Part shown: in pieces, positions 61,888 through 64,000 of the stretch
How positions within the stretch are numbered: the first letter of the stretch is position 1
Layout of the letters: the number at the start of each line of letters is the position of its first letter
Assembly (NCBI RefSeq): GCF_006345805.1
Contig: NC_042999.1
Location: forward strand, 8,556,001 to 8,620,000
Direction: 5' to 3'
Source of the DNA: Octopus sinensis
Lineage: Eukaryota
Length of the DNA: 64,000 bases
Position numbers and translations under genes: made by a program
Notes under the pieces: generated by a model
Databases searched by the model: none
What the model was told of the DNA's origin: nothing
Seen by the model: the letters and a program-made list of their open reading frames with translations, nothing else

Positions 61888-62795
61888 ACTGGCTTCTTTC
61901 AGTTTCTGTCTAGCAAATCCACTCACAAATCTCTGGACAACTCAAGGCTATAGTAGACGACACTTGCCCAAGTTGCCCTGCAGTGGGACTGAACTCAGAA
62001 CCATGTAGTTGAGAATCAAGCCTCTTACCACACAGCCATGCTTGCACCTATTATATAATTGTTATTTCAAAACCCTTCCTCTTCACTCATTTTCCTTTTT
62101 TTTGTGTTGCTTTTCCATTTTTAAGATTTTTTTCTTCTTTGTTTTTCTTTCAACAGTTTCTAAAGTCCCTTCTGCAGCAACCATTATTTTTCCAGTGACC
62201 ATGGGGTGGGATGGTGCCATGGTGTGGAGGAGTGGTGCTACTGATTCTTACTGTTAGGGCAGGGCTGGGTAAAGTGTTTGCTCATTTGCATATGATATTT
62301 AGACATAAAGCAATTTCTCCTGCCATTCCCTAGAGTTCTGGTCGAAGGTGTTGTGGAAACTGGGGCCGGCTGCACGTTTTGCTGTCTCAGTTGGCCCTTA
62401 TTAGATTAGTTTTCTAGCTTTTGCCAAATCTTTCTTGGAACTGTGTCTAAAAATTCTGTTTGTCCCATTTGGTGTTGAACCAAAGCAAGGTTTACATCAA
62501 CACAGCTACAACGAGAGCAATATAGAGTAAAAGTTATTGTTGTTGTTACTACTCTTGCTGTCTTGAAAACTACCCGTTAGGCTGTTGTGTTTTTACTTAT
62601 TTTAAAAATTCTTTTTACTTGTTTCAGCCATTTGACTGCAGCCATACTGGAGCACTGCCTTTGGTTGAACAAATTGACCCTAGGACTTATTCTTTGTAAG
62701 CCAAGTACTTATTCCATCGGTCTCTTTTGCTGAACCACTAAATTACGGGGACATAAACTTTCGGAATGAATGAATGAGAGATAGAGGAAGAGAGA

Positions 62796-62871
<76 letters not shown>

Positions 62872-63429
62872 AGAATTGACCCAAACATAAGATTTATGTT
62901 TTATTGACCCTGGAAGGATAAAAAACAAAATCGACTCCAGCAGGATTTGAACCCCAACGTAAAGAAGACTGGAATGCTTCCTACAAAACAGTTTTTCCAA
63001 TACTTGAATGACTGTCAGTTGACCGTGTTGGAAGTAATTCTCTTGTAGACAAGAACTGAACTGAAAACCTGAGGAATTATGTTGACTTAGGATCATGTTG
63101 AATTAAAAGTATTACCGTAATTAAGGAATGTGACAATCATCCCCGTTTGTAATTAACACAAATGGAACGATGCAGAAACCCTCTCCCCCCCCCACACAAT
63201 AACGAGCTGACAGATTACCTATGAAGATAAACTTAGACACATTCCAGAGCACAACAGTACCCAGGTTTGTTGGGCAGGGTGTGGGGGGTGGGGGGTATTA
63301 TAACATTGAACAGGTTTCAACGTGTTTTTTTTTTGCAATCTGTTTAATTCCTTTTGATACGAGAAAGGAGACTCTTGGTGTAGTTCTTAAGTCTTTGGAT
63401 ATAATAATGCTAAAATAATACTTAACAAC

Positions 63430-63695
63430 AACAACAACAATAATAAGGGTTTCGAATTTTGGCACAAGGCCAGCAATTTTGGAGTGCAAATCAATTACAT
63501 TGGCTCTAGGACTCAACTGGATTTTTTTTTTTATTTTATCGACCTTGATAGGATGAAAGGCAAAGCTAATCTCTGTGGAATTTGAACTCAGGATGAAAGA
63601 AATGCTGCTTAGCAATTTGCCCAATGTGCTAATGATTCTGCCAGCTCACAGCCTTAACGATGATAATAATAATGATAATAATAATGATGATAATA

Positions 63696-63742
<47 letters not shown>

Positions 63743-63960
63743 AATAATAATAATAATCCTTTCTACTGAAAGAACAAGTCCGCAAATTTGGGGGAAGGGA
63801 TTAAGTTGATTACATTACCCCCAGTGCATAACTGGTACTTATTTAATCGACCCTGAAAGGATGAAAGGCAAAGTTGACCTTGGTGCAGAATGTAATGGCA
63901 GACGAAATACCACTAAGCATTTCATCTGGCGTGCTAATGATTCTGACAGTTCACCGTCTT
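63430..63960 (-). mobile_element. Two S1 SINE copies separated by AAT/GAT repeats
   Basis: Reverse-complement matches. Confidence 0.7.
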
Positions 63961-64000
63961 AAATAATAATAATAATGATAATAATAATGGTTTGAAATTT

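Noticed and set aside
62380-62500. Minus-strand LDTVPRKIWQKL resembling an RT motif
   Set aside because: Too short, with no other RT motif nearby.

Overview
Eukaryotic, AT-rich, repeat-saturated DNA. The repeat families suggest a cephalopod, probably Octopus (inference; no database search run). No host protein-coding gene can be called with confidence; nearly all ORFs in the supplied track are microsatellite translations or decayed retrotransposon ORFs. Main result: 12798-14661 is a tandem array of a 353-bp unit. Each unit carries a complete type I hammerhead ribozyme on the minus strand (CUGA[C/U]GA core, GAGG/CCUC stem II, GAAA, palindromic ACUCGAGU stem III, GUC cleavage site, bipartite stem I). 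Predicted cleavage sites are exactly 353 nt apart, and the array ends in a ~203-bp fold-back whose axis is the first base of the ribozyme core. This is the architecture of a non-LTR retrozyme, a genome-encoded, viroid-like circRNA-producing retroelement. Diverged relatives of the unit occur at 44822-44955 and inside a non-autonomous Helitron (35921-35975), with hairpins conserved. Further hammerhead motifs lie at 26033-26086 (intact, inside an inverted repeat), 26607-26698 and 8174-8219 (behind a tRNA-derived head). The rest of the window holds a 5'-truncated RTE LINE and ~20 derivatives of its 3' end, several R4/Dong-like RLE LINE families stacked in (AAT)n tracts, a HERO-like RLE LINE, CR1-like ends, three to four tRNA-derived SINE families, Helitron-N elements, MITE-like palindromes, mini- and microsatellites, and a few weak candidate exons.
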